A stretch of 64,000 nucleotides of DNA from an uncultured Verrucomicrobiae bacterium (GCA_963764165.1 CAVXRD010000004.1:64001-128000), one strand, 5' to 3'. Numbered from the stretch's first letter, positions 48,230 to 58,547 are shown. A program made the numbers and translations. The notes: a model not told the origin generated them from the sequence alone.

Positions 48230-48398
48230 TTTTTTGAGATTATATGCACATTCAATGCTTTACCAAAGCCAGCGCCAACCTTGCTCTCCAAACAGGTTCC
48301 CCGCAACGGCTGCTCGGAGATTCTCTCCACCGAAAACGTCGGGCAACCAGTCGAAATTAACGTTTATCTTGATTTACAACCACTTACACCCACCCCAA

Positions 48399-48426
48399 TT
48401 GACACCCGCCCGAGTTGTGTCAAACT
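48399..48426 (+). promoter_or_regulatory. Sigma70-like promoter for the riboswitch leader
   Basis: TTGACA, 16-bp spacer ending TGT, then CAAACT. Confidence 0.5.
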
Positions 48427-48435
48427 ATCAGTGTT

Positions 48436-48583
48436 AATGCAGCCTAAGTTGGCGTGGCTTCCTCCATGCCAACGCGGGGGACCCAATTCCCGGAAGTCCG
48501 GGACGGGGCGAACGGTGGTTTATTCCGCCGAGGTCACTTTCAGGACCCAGCCCGTCAGCTAACCTCGCAGGCATCTGGAAGGG
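48436..48583 (+). ncRNA. c-di-AMP riboswitch (ydaO/yuaA class)
   Basis: GCGGGGGACCCA, GGGGCGAA, CCCGTCAGCTAACCTCGCAGGC in canonical order; P1 GCCT/AGGC; pseudoknot CTTTCAG/CTGGAAG. Confidence 0.88.
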
Positions 48584-48696
48584 CGACCCTCTTGCCCCCG
48601 CTTGTGCGGGGTTCCCACGGTCCCCGAAACGCAATGCGTTGCGCTCTCGCGCGGCCAGAAGCCGCCGCGAAGGCCCAACCACATCGGAGTTCGTTT

Positions 48697-50475
48697 ATGA
48701 GTATTCGGACAATCATCTATATTGTCATCGGCGCAGTCGTCTTGCTGCTCTTGTTCCTTCCCACACTGCTTGGCTGGGTTCATGTCCGGGAAACGCAGGT
48801 TGGCATCGTCATCAAGCGCTTCGCGTCGCAAGGGTTGCAGCCGGGGCGATTGATCGCGCTCAATGGCGAAGCCGGTTATCAAGCCGAAACGCTGGCTCCC
48901 GGCGCGCATTTAGGGCTGTGGTTCTGGATGTATAACGTGGTCAAAGTGCCGGTCACCATCGTGCCGCAAGGCGAAATTGCGCTGGTGCTGGCGGCGGATG
49001 GCGCGGCGATTCCTTCGGAACGCATCCTCGGCAAAATTGTCGAATGCGAAAAATTCCAGGATGCGCGGAAGTTCCTGCTCAATGGCGGCGAAAAAGGCCG
49101 GCAATTGGGCATCCTGACGGCGGGAACCTATCGCATCAACACGGCGCTGTTCACGGTCATTACCGGCGCGGTGGCTCACTTGCACGGAATGACACCCGCT
49201 GATCTGCGATTGCAGCAGGTCGAGTCGGACATGGTCGGCATCGTGACAACGAATGATGGCATGTCCATCGAAGCGGGCGAAATCGCGGGGCCTGTGATTG
49301 CAGGACACGAGAACTTCCAGAACGCGCAGGCGTTCCTAGATGGCGGCGGACGCCGCGGGTTGCAGGAGCAAGTGCTCCTGTCCGGTTCGTGGAACTTGAA
49401 TCCGTGGTTCGCCAAAATCGAACAGGTGCCGATGGTGAAGATCCCGATCGGCTATGTCGGCGTGGTGATCTCGTTCGTGGGCATGGCGCATGTCGACGTC
49501 AGCGGGCAGGACTTCAAGCATGGAGATCTGGTCGCGGTAGGCCACAAAGGTGTTTGGGTGACGCCCCTTTATCCGGGCAAGCACCCGATCAATTCGCGTG
49601 TGGCGAAAGTCGAACTGGTGCCGACGACGAACATCGTGCTGAATTGGGCGTCAAGAACCGAAGCGCATAATTACGATTCGAAACTGTCGTCCATCACGGT
49701 GCGGTCGAAGGACGGCTTCGGCTTCAACCTGGACGTGGCGCAGATCATCCACGTCGGCGCGCTGGATGCGCCGAAGGTGATCTCGCGCGTCGGCTCGATG
49801 CAGAACCTGGTGGATCATGTGCTGCAGCCGATTGTCGGAAATTATTTCCGCAATTCGGCGCAAGGCTACTCGGTGCTCGATTTTTTGAGCGCGCGCAGCC
49901 AGCGGCAGACGGAAGCGTCGCAGCACATTCGCGCGGCATTGTCCGCCTACGACGTGCAGGCGATTGACACGCTGATCGGCGACATCAATCCGCCAGCGGA
50001 ATTGATGAAGACGCAGACCGACCGCAAGATCGCCGAGGAACAGCGCAAGACGTATGAGGTGCAGGAAGCCGCGCAAAACCAGCGGCAGCAGCTGGTGCGG
50101 CAGACATCGCTGGCCAACATCCAGCAGGAAGTCGTCGGCGCCGAGCAAGGCGTGAACATCGCCGAGCTGACCGCGACCGCGAGTGTCAAACACGCGGCGG
50201 GCGAAGCGGAATCGACGAAGCTCCGCGCCCTGGGCGACGCGGAAGCGATCCGCGCCACCGGTGACGCCAAAGCGGCGGCCTATCGCGCCGGCGTGGAGGC
50301 ATTGGGCGCGCAGGGCTACACGGTGATGCAGCTCATGCAAATCGTGGGCGAACGGAATGTCCGCATTGTGCCGGATGTTTCCGTGAACGGCGCAGGCACA
50401 ACCAACGGGATGGTAGACGGGCTGTTGGGAATCATGATGAAGAATCAGAATCAGGCTGCGCCGAAGCAGGCGTAG
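48697..50475 (+). CDS. Flotillin-like SPFH/Band 7 protein
   Basis: N-terminal TM, repeated GxxGxQ modules, ITVRSKDGF, VGNYFRNSAQ, AEA-rich coiled coil, IVPD. Confidence 0.88.
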   Translation: MSIRTIIYIVIGAVVLLLLFLPTLLGWVHVRETQVGIVIKRFASQGLQPGRLIALNGEAGYQAETLAPGAHLGLWFWMYNVVKVPVTIVPQGEIALVLAADGAAIPSERILGKIVECEKFQDARKFLLNGGEKGRQLGILTAGTYRINTALFTVITGAVAHLHGMTPADLRLQQVESDMVGIVTTNDGMSIEAGEIAGPVIAGHENFQNAQAFLDGGGRRGLQEQVLLSGSWNLNPWFAKIEQVPMVKIPIGYVGVVISFVGMAHVDVSGQDFKHGDLVAVGHKGVWVTPLYPGKHPINSRVAKVELVPTTNIVLNWASRTEAHNYDSKLSSITVRSKDGFGFNLDVAQIIHVGALDAPKVISRVGSMQNLVDHVLQPIVGNYFRNSAQGYSVLDFLSARSQRQTEASQHIRAALSAYDVQAIDTLIGDINPPAELMKTQTDRKIAEEQRKTYEVQEAAQNQRQQLVRQTSLANIQQEVVGAEQGVNIAELTATASVKHAAGEAESTKLRALGDAEAIRATGDAKAAAYRAGVEALGAQGYTVMQLMQIVGERNVRIVPDVSVNGAGTTNGMVDGLLGIMMKNQNQAAPKQA

Positions 50476-50495
50476 TTTAGAATAGTATTGACTCT

Positions 50496-50532
50496 GAGGA
50501 GCGCGCTTCGAAAAAGGCGCGCTCCTCTTTTT
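50496..50532 (+). terminator. Intrinsic terminator
   Basis: GAGGAGCGCGC..GCGCGCTCCTC stem followed by TTTTT. Confidence 0.75.
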
Positions 50533-50540
50533 ACGCAAAA

Positions 50541-50642
50541 AGGTAGGGACGCCTCGCCGAGGCGTCCGGTTGCGTGTGAAATATGCCGCGGTCTGCGCGT
50601 GCCACGCCTCACTCCGGACGCCTCGGCGAGGCGTCCCTACCT
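50541..50642. repeat. GTAG-type REP doublet (family A)
   Basis: AGGTAGGGACGCCTCGCCGAGGCGTCCGG ... CCGGACGCCTCGGCGAGGCGTCCCTACCT. Confidence 0.9.
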
Positions 50643-50711
50643 GGCTTCCCGCGACCAGGTCACGCTCTCCACTTGCCCTCGTTCGCAACCGTGTTTAGTA
50701 TCCGCGCGTCA

Positions 50712-51482
50712 ATGCAGATTTCCTTGCCTGAGCATTACCATGCGCTGCCGCCATTCCGGGAATACTTTCGGAATGGGGTGCCGATTTTGATGTACCACAA
50801 AATTGCCAAGCGCCCCCGGGCAGCGCGGTTGAAGGGCCTTTATGTGACTCCCCGGACTTTCGTGGATCAATTGGCGGAGCTGGCGGAAGAAAAATTTGTC
50901 TCGTGCGGCCCTGGCGAGGCTTGCCAAAACAGCGCGGCCGGCCCCCGCATCGTCATCACCTTCGATGATGGTTTTCGCAATGTTTTTCAAAATGCGATGC
51001 CTGCGCTGAATTCCGGCAAATGGCGCGCCCAGCAATTTCTCGTGGCCAATTGCATTGGCCAGCTCAACCAATGGGATTTGCGCGACGGCGAAATTCCTGA
51101 ACCCTTGATGGACGCGGTGGAAGTTCGCGAATGGATCGCCGCCGGGCACGGCATCGGCTCGCATTCGCTTTCGCACGCGCGGCTGACGCGGCTGACATTG
51201 CGCGATGCGCGCGAGGAGATTCTCGCCAGCAAAAAAAAACTGGAGGATATGTTCGGCCTTCCCATCGAGCATTTCTGCTACCCTTACGGCGATTGGAATG
51301 AATCGGTGCGGGAGTTGGTTTCGGAAGCGGGTTACAAAACGGCCTGCACGACGCAATTTGGAGTCAACACCGAGAAGACGGAACCGCTTAAGTTGAATCG
51401 CATCACGGTCCGACACCCAACCCGCAGCCTAAAGGCGCTGAAAAACAAATTGCTGGGCGAAATCAGCTTGGGGCGTGATTAG
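50712..51482 (+). CDS. Polysaccharide deacetylase (CE4)
   Basis: PILMYH, ITFDDG, GSHSLSH, FCYPYG. Confidence 0.9.
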   Translation: MQISLPEHYHALPPFREYFRNGVPILMYHKIAKRPRAARLKGLYVTPRTFVDQLAELAEEKFVSCGPGEACQNSAAGPRIVITFDDGFRNVFQNAMPALNSGKWRAQQFLVANCIGQLNQWDLRDGEIPEPLMDAVEVREWIAAGHGIGSHSLSHARLTRLTLRDAREEILASKKKLEDMFGLPIEHFCYPYGDWNESVRELVSEAGYKTACTTQFGVNTEKTEPLKLNRITVRHPTRSLKALKNKLLGEISLGRD

Positions 51483-51528
51483 CCCCTCGCGAGAAGCGTC
51501 GATCAAAACGAGCCGTGTTGCTTGCCCT

Positions 51529-51834
51529 TTACGGCTTGCGAAGCCGAGAGAGCTTTTTCCAGATTGCCCGAGGCTCGCGCCGACTGTCCAAAACAGCCCA
51601 CACCCGGACCGTAGTGCGGATTTGGTCATAATAAATGGCGTAGGGAAACCGCTCGGAGAAAAGACGATGAAAGCCAAACCGTTTGACATGAATTCCCGCG
51701 TAAAGCCGCAAGGATTCAATATCGGAAAACAATGATTCCTGAAAGTATTCGCCAAGTCCCGACTGCTGCCGTTCGTAAAAATCGAAGCCTGCGGCAAGAT
51801 CATCCCGCGCGGAAGGCAGAATGCGGATGGTCAT
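51529..51834 (-). CDS. Type II toxin, RelE/ParE family
   Basis: ARDDLAAGFDFYE...GLG...RFPYAIYY...AVLDSRREP. Confidence 0.85.
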   Translation of the reverse strand: MTIRILPSARDDLAAGFDFYERQQSGLGEYFQESLFSDIESLRLYAGIHVKRFGFHRLFSERFPYAIYYDQIRTTVRVWAVLDSRREPRAIWKKLSRLRKP

Positions 51835-52049
51835 TTCACCCGATTGCGAAGTTGTCGCTTCGCCGCTTCCCACTCAATAAAGGTCTCCTCGCCTTTTTTG
51901 ACCCGCTTCACGCGCTCACGAAGGGCTTCCCCATGCCATCCCGGAGATTCAAACTCTTCTTCATCAGACGTCAAATTGCGCCATAGCGTTTCCATCACGC
52001 GAAGTTTCTCGGCGGTGGTCATTTTTTCCAATGGCAACGTCACTTCCAT
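51831..52049 (-). CDS. Addiction-module antitoxin
   Basis: EKLRVMETLW...SPGWHGEALRER...WEAAK; ATGA overlap with the toxin. Confidence 0.85.
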   Translation of the reverse strand: MEVTLPLEKMTTAEKLRVMETLWRNLTSDEEEFESPGWHGEALRERVKRVKKGEETFIEWEAAKRQLRNRVK

Positions 52050-52110
52050 GGCTGTTTCAATATGCTCTATTTGACCGATTTGCAAGCCACGGTGTTTCCG
52101 TCCCAAAAAA

Positions 52111-52593
52111 TCAGCTCTTTTTTCGCTGCTCGGCGAAGAATTCGCGCAATATCATACGGCATTCCTGCTCACGCACCCCTCGTGTGATTTCGCAGCGGTG
52201 ATTCAGCGTCGGCCATTGCAGCAGATTCATCGCGCCGCCGCCGGCCCCTCCCTTCTCGTCATGGGCACCGTAGACGATGCGCGCGAGGCGGACATGCACC
52301 ATTGCGCCGGCGCACATCGGGCACGGCTCCTTTGTCACGTATAACGTGCAGTCGGTCAAGCGCCAGTCGCCCACCGATTCTTCGGCTTGGGTAATGGCGA
52401 GCATCTCGGCGTGCGCGGTGGCGTCCTTCAAGAGTTCCACTTGATTGAACGCCCGGGCGATGATGCGCCCTTCCCTGACAATGACCGCGCCCACGGGAAC
52501 CTCCTCGGCTTCGCCCGCGCGGACGGCCTGGCGCAAGGCTTCGCCCATGAAGTAATGGTCGCTCTGAAGGTCAATTATAGGTTCGGCATCCAT
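52111..52593 (-). CDS. tadA: tRNA-specific adenosine deaminase
   Basis: EVPVGAV, HAE, EPCPMC. Confidence 0.93.
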   Translation of the reverse strand: MDAEPIIDLQSDHYFMGEALRQAVRAGEAEEVPVGAVIVREGRIIARAFNQVELLKDATAHAEMLAITQAEESVGDWRLTDCTLYVTKEPCPMCAGAMVHVRLARIVYGAHDEKGGAGGGAMNLLQWPTLNHRCEITRGVREQECRMILREFFAEQRKKS

Positions 52594-52676
52594 TGAGTCA
52601 TCTCAACCGCTCTCATTACACCCAATTTTGTTTACATTCCAATATTCTCTTTGCTTCCCACGGAATTGCGGTATAA

Positions 52677-54866
52677 ATGCCCGCGGTTACGCAACCTATG
52701 CCAATAAAGAAGGTCATTCGTCAGGCCGCTTTCTTTGCCGGTCTCCGGGCTTTGTCTCTTTGTCTCCTTTTCCTGTTTGCCGCCGCGCTGCCGCTTCGCG
52801 CTGATCTTCGTTTCGATCCGTTCCTCGGTTACGACGGCATTTTGCCGGAAAACAGCTGGTTCCCGATCACCTGCGAAATTTACAACGACGAACCGGCCTT
52901 CACCGGGACGATTGAAATTTCCGGGCAGGATTTCGGCGGCGGCCAGGTGCGCCGCATGGTGGTGGACTTGCCAACGGGCACGCGCAAGCGGGTGACAATC
53001 CCGGCTTTCGGCGTGGCGCGCAATTGGCCAGTGCGCCTGTTCGATGAGCGGGGAAAATTGCGCAGCGAACAGGTTCTGCAGCCGACCCACGTGATGAAAC
53101 CCAAGACGCCGTTGATCGCGGCGCTCACGCGGACGGTCAACGGGCTTCCAACGATGCCGGAATCGGAGACATTTATCACCGATAGCTCCAAATATCCCGT
53201 CGCCCGCCTTCAGGCCAATCTCTTCCCGGATAATCCGCTCGTGCTTGAAGGCATCGATGTCATGTTTCTTAGCTCCGAAAAGGCTATCGAGCTCGGCGTC
53301 GGCCAGGTCAACGCGCTGGTGGCTTGGATGCAGCGCGGGGGCCATTTGATCATTGGCGTTGAGCAGTTGACCGACATCAACGGCACTCCCTGGCTGCGCG
53401 ATTTGCTGCCAGCCACGCTGACAACCGTGGTGAATCTGAGCACGCACGAGGCTTTGCAGCAATTCGCCCGCGATGCCGTGCCCGGAAATTATCGCGGCAC
53501 TTTGTCTCCTGCCGGAACGGCTGATGTCACCGCCACTTCGGATGTGCAATTTGATGCGGCTCCCATTGCGGTGGCGAAGGGAACAATTCGCGACGGCACG
53601 GTCATGATTGGCGATGCCGCGAACCCGCTGGCCATCGACGCGCCGCGCGGGCGCGGGAGAATTACGCTGCTGACGTTCAGTCCCGAGCGCGAGCCATTCA
53701 TTTCGTGGAAGAACAAGGCCTGGTTTTGGAAAGGCATCGCTGATGTTCCGGCTAACGTTTTTCTGCGCGGGGCCGGTGGAGCCCCCGTCGAAAATCATTT
53801 GAGCAGCGACGGCATTTTCAGCGCGATGATTCAAACCACGCAGGTTCGCAAACTGCCGCTGGGTTGGCTGCTGGCGCTGCTGGTGGCTTACTTGGTCGTC
53901 ATTGGTCCACTGGACCAATGCTGGTTGAAGAAAATCAACCGCCAGATGCTGACGTGGATCACGTTTCCCTGCTACGTCGTGTTTTTCTCGGCGCTGATTT
54001 ACTTCATTGGATTCCACCTCCGCGCCGGTGAATTGGAATGGAACGAAATGGATATTGTTGACATTCTCCCCGACAGCTCCGACGACGATGCTGTTTTTCG
54101 CGGGCAGACTTATGTCTCCATTTATTCGCCGAACAACGCCGATTACGACATCGCGGGCAATTTGAAATTCACCGCCCTGCGCGGCCAAAGCGCAGGCAAC
54201 TTTGGGGGCAAACCCGACAACAGCCACGCGAACATTGAGCAGGTTGGCAATAATTTCAAAGCGCAGGCGCATGTGGCGGTTTGGACCAGCGAACTGTTTG
54301 TCACCGATTGGTTCCAGAAATCCACCACTCCGGCCACGATGACGATCAACCAGTCCGCCACTGGCTGGAACGTGACGATCACGAATGATTTCGGCCGGGT
54401 TTTGTCGGATGCGCGCGCGGTGGTGAACGGACGCATCTACACGCTGGGCGAACTCGCCGTGGGGCAATCGAAAACCTTCCATCTGAATGAAGGCGAAGGC
54501 ACGTCCTTGGCGAATTTTGCGCAGGGTTACAGCCAAGGCTTCCACCAAGCCGTCCAAAGCCTGAATTCGAGCTTCGGAAATAACGTGAATCCGATTCCGA
54601 ATGCCCACGAGGCCGCCGTTGCGGCCTCTTTTATCACCTACGTCAACAATGCAAATGCCCAGGACTCGTGGAATACGTTTGGCTGCCCGGCGGGTCTTGA
54701 TATGAGCCGTTATGCCGGCGAACGCCACGTTCTTGACAGGGCCAGCCACTACGCCATTCTGCTGGCGTGGGACAAGGACCATTCGCCGACGGCGTTGAAC
54801 CAGTTTAATCCGAAGCGTCTTCACCGCGACACGCTCTACCGGTTGGTAGTGCCTTTGAAAATGTGA
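52677..54866 (+). CDS. Large exported/membrane protein associated with an ABC exporter
   Basis: Signal region, glutamine amidotransferase-like central segment (GGHLI, GRGRI), YLVVIGP..LKK..W.T.P TM pair. Confidence 0.7.
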   Translation: MPAVTQPMPIKKVIRQAAFFAGLRALSLCLLFLFAAALPLRADLRFDPFLGYDGILPENSWFPITCEIYNDEPAFTGTIEISGQDFGGGQVRRMVVDLPTGTRKRVTIPAFGVARNWPVRLFDERGKLRSEQVLQPTHVMKPKTPLIAALTRTVNGLPTMPESETFITDSSKYPVARLQANLFPDNPLVLEGIDVMFLSSEKAIELGVGQVNALVAWMQRGGHLIIGVEQLTDINGTPWLRDLLPATLTTVVNLSTHEALQQFARDAVPGNYRGTLSPAGTADVTATSDVQFDAAPIAVAKGTIRDGTVMIGDAANPLAIDAPRGRGRITLLTFSPEREPFISWKNKAWFWKGIADVPANVFLRGAGGAPVENHLSSDGIFSAMIQTTQVRKLPLGWLLALLVAYLVVIGPLDQCWLKKINRQMLTWITFPCYVVFFSALIYFIGFHLRAGELEWNEMDIVDILPDSSDDDAVFRGQTYVSIYSPNNADYDIAGNLKFTALRGQSAGNFGGKPDNSHANIEQVGNNFKAQAHVAVWTSELFVTDWFQKSTTPATMTINQSATGWNVTITNDFGRVLSDARAVVNGRIYTLGELAVGQSKTFHLNEGEGTSLANFAQGYSQGFHQAVQSLNSSFGNNVNPIPNAHEAAVAASFITYVNNANAQDSWNTFGCPAGLDMSRYAGERHVLDRASHYAILLAWDKDHSPTALNQFNPKRLHRDTLYRLVVPLKM

Positions 54867-54901
54867 TGAACGCTTTCAATTCCAAAATGTCGTAATCCTC
54901 T

Positions 54902-55849
54902 ATGGACGCACCGCCCATCCCTGCCGTTGAAACAATCAACTTGACGCGCGCTTACGGCACGATGACCGCGCTCAACAGCCTCAACCTGACCATCAATCGC
55001 GGCGACCTGTTCGGCTTCATCGGCTCCAACGGCGCGGGCAAGACCACAACGCTTCGAATCCTCGCCACCTTTCTTGCACCGAGCGCCGGAACCGCCAAGG
55101 TGCTCGGGCACGATGTCGTCCGCGAGGCGGATGCGGTGCGGCACGTAATCGGTTACATGCCGGACTTCTTCGGCGTCTACAAGGACATGGAGGTTACCGA
55201 GTATCTGGATTTCTTCGGCGCGTGTTACAAGATTCCCACCGCCCAGCGCGAAAAAACCGTAAACGACGTACTGGAATTGGTCGGGCTTTCCGAGAAGCGT
55301 GGTGCGATCATTGGCGCTTTGAGCCGCGGCATGCAGCAGCGCCTTGGCCTGGCCCGCGTGCTGATTCACGACCCCGCCGTTCTTTTGCTTGACGAACCCG
55401 CCAGCGGATTGGATCCGCGCGCGCGCATCGAAATGATGGCGATTTTGCAGGAACTCCAGCGCATGGGCAAAACGATCATCATCTCCTCCCACATTTTGAG
55501 CGAGTTGCAAACGCTGTGCAACCGCGTCGCCATCATCGAGCGCGGCAAATTGATTTACAGCGGGCCGGTGCAGGGAGTTCGCGACCAGATGTCCACCGGC
55601 TTGATTTATTGGGTGGTGGTGAAAGGCGAATCCCACCGGGCCATTGATCTGCTGAAAGCGCGCCCGGAAGTATCCGAGGTGATCGCAGTCGATGGCCAGG
55701 TGAAAGTGACCTTCGTCAATCACGACGTGGATCCGACATTCCTGCCGCAAGCTCTCGTGCAAGGCGGCGTTCCGTTCACCGGCCTGTGGGAGGATGAACT
55801 GGGGCTGGAAGAAGTTTTCCTCCGCGTCACGCGTGGAGAGACGCAATAG
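54902..55849 (+). CDS. ABC transporter ATP-binding protein
   Basis: GSNGAGKT, LSRGMQQR, LDEPASG, SSH. Confidence 0.92.
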   Translation: MDAPPIPAVETINLTRAYGTMTALNSLNLTINRGDLFGFIGSNGAGKTTTLRILATFLAPSAGTAKVLGHDVVREADAVRHVIGYMPDFFGVYKDMEVTEYLDFFGACYKIPTAQREKTVNDVLELVGLSEKRGAIIGALSRGMQQRLGLARVLIHDPAVLLLDEPASGLDPRARIEMMAILQELQRMGKTIIISSHILSELQTLCNRVAIIERGKLIYSGPVQGVRDQMSTGLIYWVVVKGESHRAIDLLKARPEVSEVIAVDGQVKVTFVNHDVDPTFLPQALVQGGVPFTGLWEDELGLEEVFLRVTRGETQ

Positions 55850-55870
55850 CCGAGGACTTCGAAGGAAGCC

Positions 55871-57601
55871 ATGGTTATTGGTGGCTTGTGGCCGGTAGTC
55901 CAGCGCGAGTTGTGCGAGTCCGCCCGGCTGCCCCTCACGCATTGGCTCCGCGTGAGCGGCGCGCTCTTTGGAACGCTGGCCATCTGGAATATCAGCCGCG
56001 ATGCGCCAATATCCGCCATCGGCGTCGAGATTTTCACCAAGCTGGATGTCCTGCTGACGTGCCTGATTCTATTTCTGCTTCCGGCGCTTACGGCGGATAG
56101 CATCGCACGCGAACGAAGAGAAGGCACGCTGGGGCTGCTCTTGCTGACGCCGTTGACCCCGTCGCAGATTGTCATTGGCAAGGTGGTGTCGCGGGTTTTG
56201 CGGGTTTTTGTCATTTGGCTGGGCGTCGTTCCGATTCTGGCGGTTTGTTTTATTTGCGGCGGCGTCGAGCCCGGCGACCTTTCCAGGCTTATCCTGATTC
56301 ATGTTGTGTGCGGCATGATTGCGCTCTCTGCCGGGCTCCTCGCATCTTCATTTGCCAAGAGCCGAATGCCCGCATTTGTCCTCGCCTTCGTTTTGCTGGG
56401 AATCTTTATCCAGCCATTTAAGCCGATGCTGAGTTCGTTCACGCATATGGGTTCCGCTTCTAATGGTTTGAGCGGGCCGCAACTTCAGCTTCTTCTCAGC
56501 AGTTCTGGTCCGGCTGGGATGCAATTTCGAATCAACAACATTATGCAGCGAGCGGGATTCCTTGCTCCCGCTCCAACCGCGGTTGGTTATTCGTCCTTTC
56601 ATCCTGGAATCGACGCCTTGCTGTTCATGAACTTTCTGGCCGCCCTGTTGCTTTGGGTCTCGATTCGGTTTGCGGGGCAGCGCGTTAAAAGCCACGGGAA
56701 GGAGGTGCCTCCGACCAAACGCCAGCAAGAAATGGCAAAGCGCTACTGCACTCCGCTGCTCGCAGGCTCCTTTCGCCGGAAAATGCGGCGGACCCTGGAG
56801 TCCAATCCCATTTCGTGGCTGCAGCAGTATTCCTGGAAAGCGGGCGCCAGCAAATGGGGCCTCTGTTTGCTGTTTGCTTGCGTCGCGACGTTCGCCATCG
56901 GTGAACGCGATCTGAGTGAATACACCCCCTCCATGTTCGTGTGCCTGCTGCTGCTGATTGGAGCTTACACGTTCGCGGGCGTCAACGGCTTTCACTATGA
57001 CAAAAGCAGCGGCGCGCTGGAATTGATCCTGGTGACGCCACTCTCGATCGGCCAAATCATTTTCGGGCGCGCGCGCGGCCTGTGGAAACAATTCCTCCCT
57101 TCGCTTGTCATATTGCTCGGCTTCAATTTCCTGATTCGCTGGACAGTGACGAGCGGGGACATATTTGAGGTTTACCGGTCCTGGTACTATAGCCGCAGTG
57201 GAATTTACGGCGGCAGTGGCCGTTGGGGGCTGGAGGTGGTCGATCTTGCCACTTTCGCGTCCAACAACTTTCTTTTTATCAACCTTGAGATAATTGCCAT
57301 TTATGTGACGCTTCCGATTATTGCGACGTGCTTTGCCCTCAGCGCTCGAAAAATTTTCTGGGCGGCCGCTCTTACGGCTGCTTTGGCCTTTGCCCCGCTT
57401 CTAATCATGTACGCAAACGAATCCATGGACGGATGGCGTCATGAATATCACGGTTATCGTTCACTGGAGACCGAGGCGCTGCTGGGGGCCTTGTACCTCG
57501 TTACCTCGCCCTTGGTCATCGTGGTGGCTCAAATTGTCGCAACGCTGAAAATTTACAATCGCCTCGCCGAAACGCTTGCCGCACGACGATATGCATTTTA
57601 A
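55871..57601 (+). CDS. ABC-2 type permease with duplicated permease domain
   Basis: ERREGTLGLLLLTPL and DKSSGALELILVTPL repeats; many TM helices. Confidence 0.8.
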   Translation: MVIGGLWPVVQRELCESARLPLTHWLRVSGALFGTLAIWNISRDAPISAIGVEIFTKLDVLLTCLILFLLPALTADSIARERREGTLGLLLLTPLTPSQIVIGKVVSRVLRVFVIWLGVVPILAVCFICGGVEPGDLSRLILIHVVCGMIALSAGLLASSFAKSRMPAFVLAFVLLGIFIQPFKPMLSSFTHMGSASNGLSGPQLQLLLSSSGPAGMQFRINNIMQRAGFLAPAPTAVGYSSFHPGIDALLFMNFLAALLLWVSIRFAGQRVKSHGKEVPPTKRQQEMAKRYCTPLLAGSFRRKMRRTLESNPISWLQQYSWKAGASKWGLCLLFACVATFAIGERDLSEYTPSMFVCLLLLIGAYTFAGVNGFHYDKSSGALELILVTPLSIGQIIFGRARGLWKQFLPSLVILLGFNFLIRWTVTSGDIFEVYRSWYYSRSGIYGGSGRWGLEVVDLATFASNNFLFINLEIIAIYVTLPIIATCFALSARKIFWAAALTAALAFAPLLIMYANESMDGWRHEYHGYRSLETEALLGALYLVTSPLVIVVAQIVATLKIYNRLAETLAARRYAF

Positions 57602-57717
57602 TATCCCGCCTGGCTTCCGCGCTGAAGACGATCAGAAAGGACCGTTCGAAAAGTTATGATGAGAGGATTGCATAGTTTTTTTTAGACACGCTGTTCGGTT
57701 CCGATCGATTCGCGATA

Positions 57718-58547
57718 TTACAATTTCCCCAAAATTGATTTCATCCGCTCCCAACTATCATCCCGCGCTTTCTTGTTGGCGTCGTACTTCAGTTTGTCGC
57801 CTTCCGCTGGCGGCGTCGGATCTTCCCCGGCGCGCATGAAGCCGTGGCCGGCTCCGTTGTAGATCACCGGTTCGTAGGTTTTTCCGGCGGACTTCATGGA
57901 TTCTTTTGTCGCGGGGATTGTGGAGGAGATTCGGTTGTCGTTCTCGGCGTAAAATCCGAAGACGGGGCAGCTAATTTTCGCGAGGAGTGATTTGTCCTTG
58001 GGCGGTGGTCCGTAGAAAACCAATGCGGCTTTCAAGTCAGGTCGGTTGCAGGCGAAGTTGAATGATTGTCCCCCGCCCCAGCAAAAACCCGCCACCGCCA
58101 TTCTTCCGTTTGCCGAGGGCAGCGTCTTTGCGTAGTCCGCCACCGCGTTCAAATCTCCGGTGACTTGATCCGCCGGGAGACCGCTCACCGCGCGCGTCAC
58201 TTCGCCTGCCGGAAGCTCGCTGGTGCCGCCGCCGTTCGCGCCTTTGCCGGAAAGCAGATCCGGTGCAATCGCAATATATCCCGCCGCCGCCAGTTCATCC
58301 GTCAATTCCTTGGCCCAATCCGACAGGCCGAAATTTCGTGAATGACAATCACGACGGGTGCGGGATTTTTCACTTCCGGGTAGACAACGAAGCAATGCAC
58401 CGTGCGCGTGCCATTCTTGACGTCCACCCACTCGCCGTGGCGCGGGGACTTTTCCAGTTTGGCCTTGGCCCATTCCTGGGCGGACACCGGCGCAGCCACG
58501 AAAACCGCCGAAAGCAAGGCAGCCAGCATAAGAGAGTATAGCTTCAT
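57718..58547 (-). pseudogene. Dienelactone hydrolase family protein with a 1-nt frameshift
   Basis: VIHEI and FGLSDW lie in different frames (one T missing at 58331-58333); GFCWGG and GHGF intact. Confidence 0.8.

Noticed and set aside
48454..48696. 81-aa N-terminal extension of the flotillin ORF in the ORF track
   Set aside because: It runs through the riboswitch; ATG 48697 has a GGAG RBS and is followed by a TM helix
9708..54824. Long antisense ORFs (e.g. 9708-11114, 16328-18058, 28020-29339, 42271-43584, 52632-54824)
   Set aside because: Shadow frames of well-supported genes on the opposite strand, expected in high-GC DNA
58325..58340. Programmed -1 ribosomal frameshift in the hydrolase gene
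   Set aside because: AAATTTC is not in the X XXY YYZ register of the upstream frame
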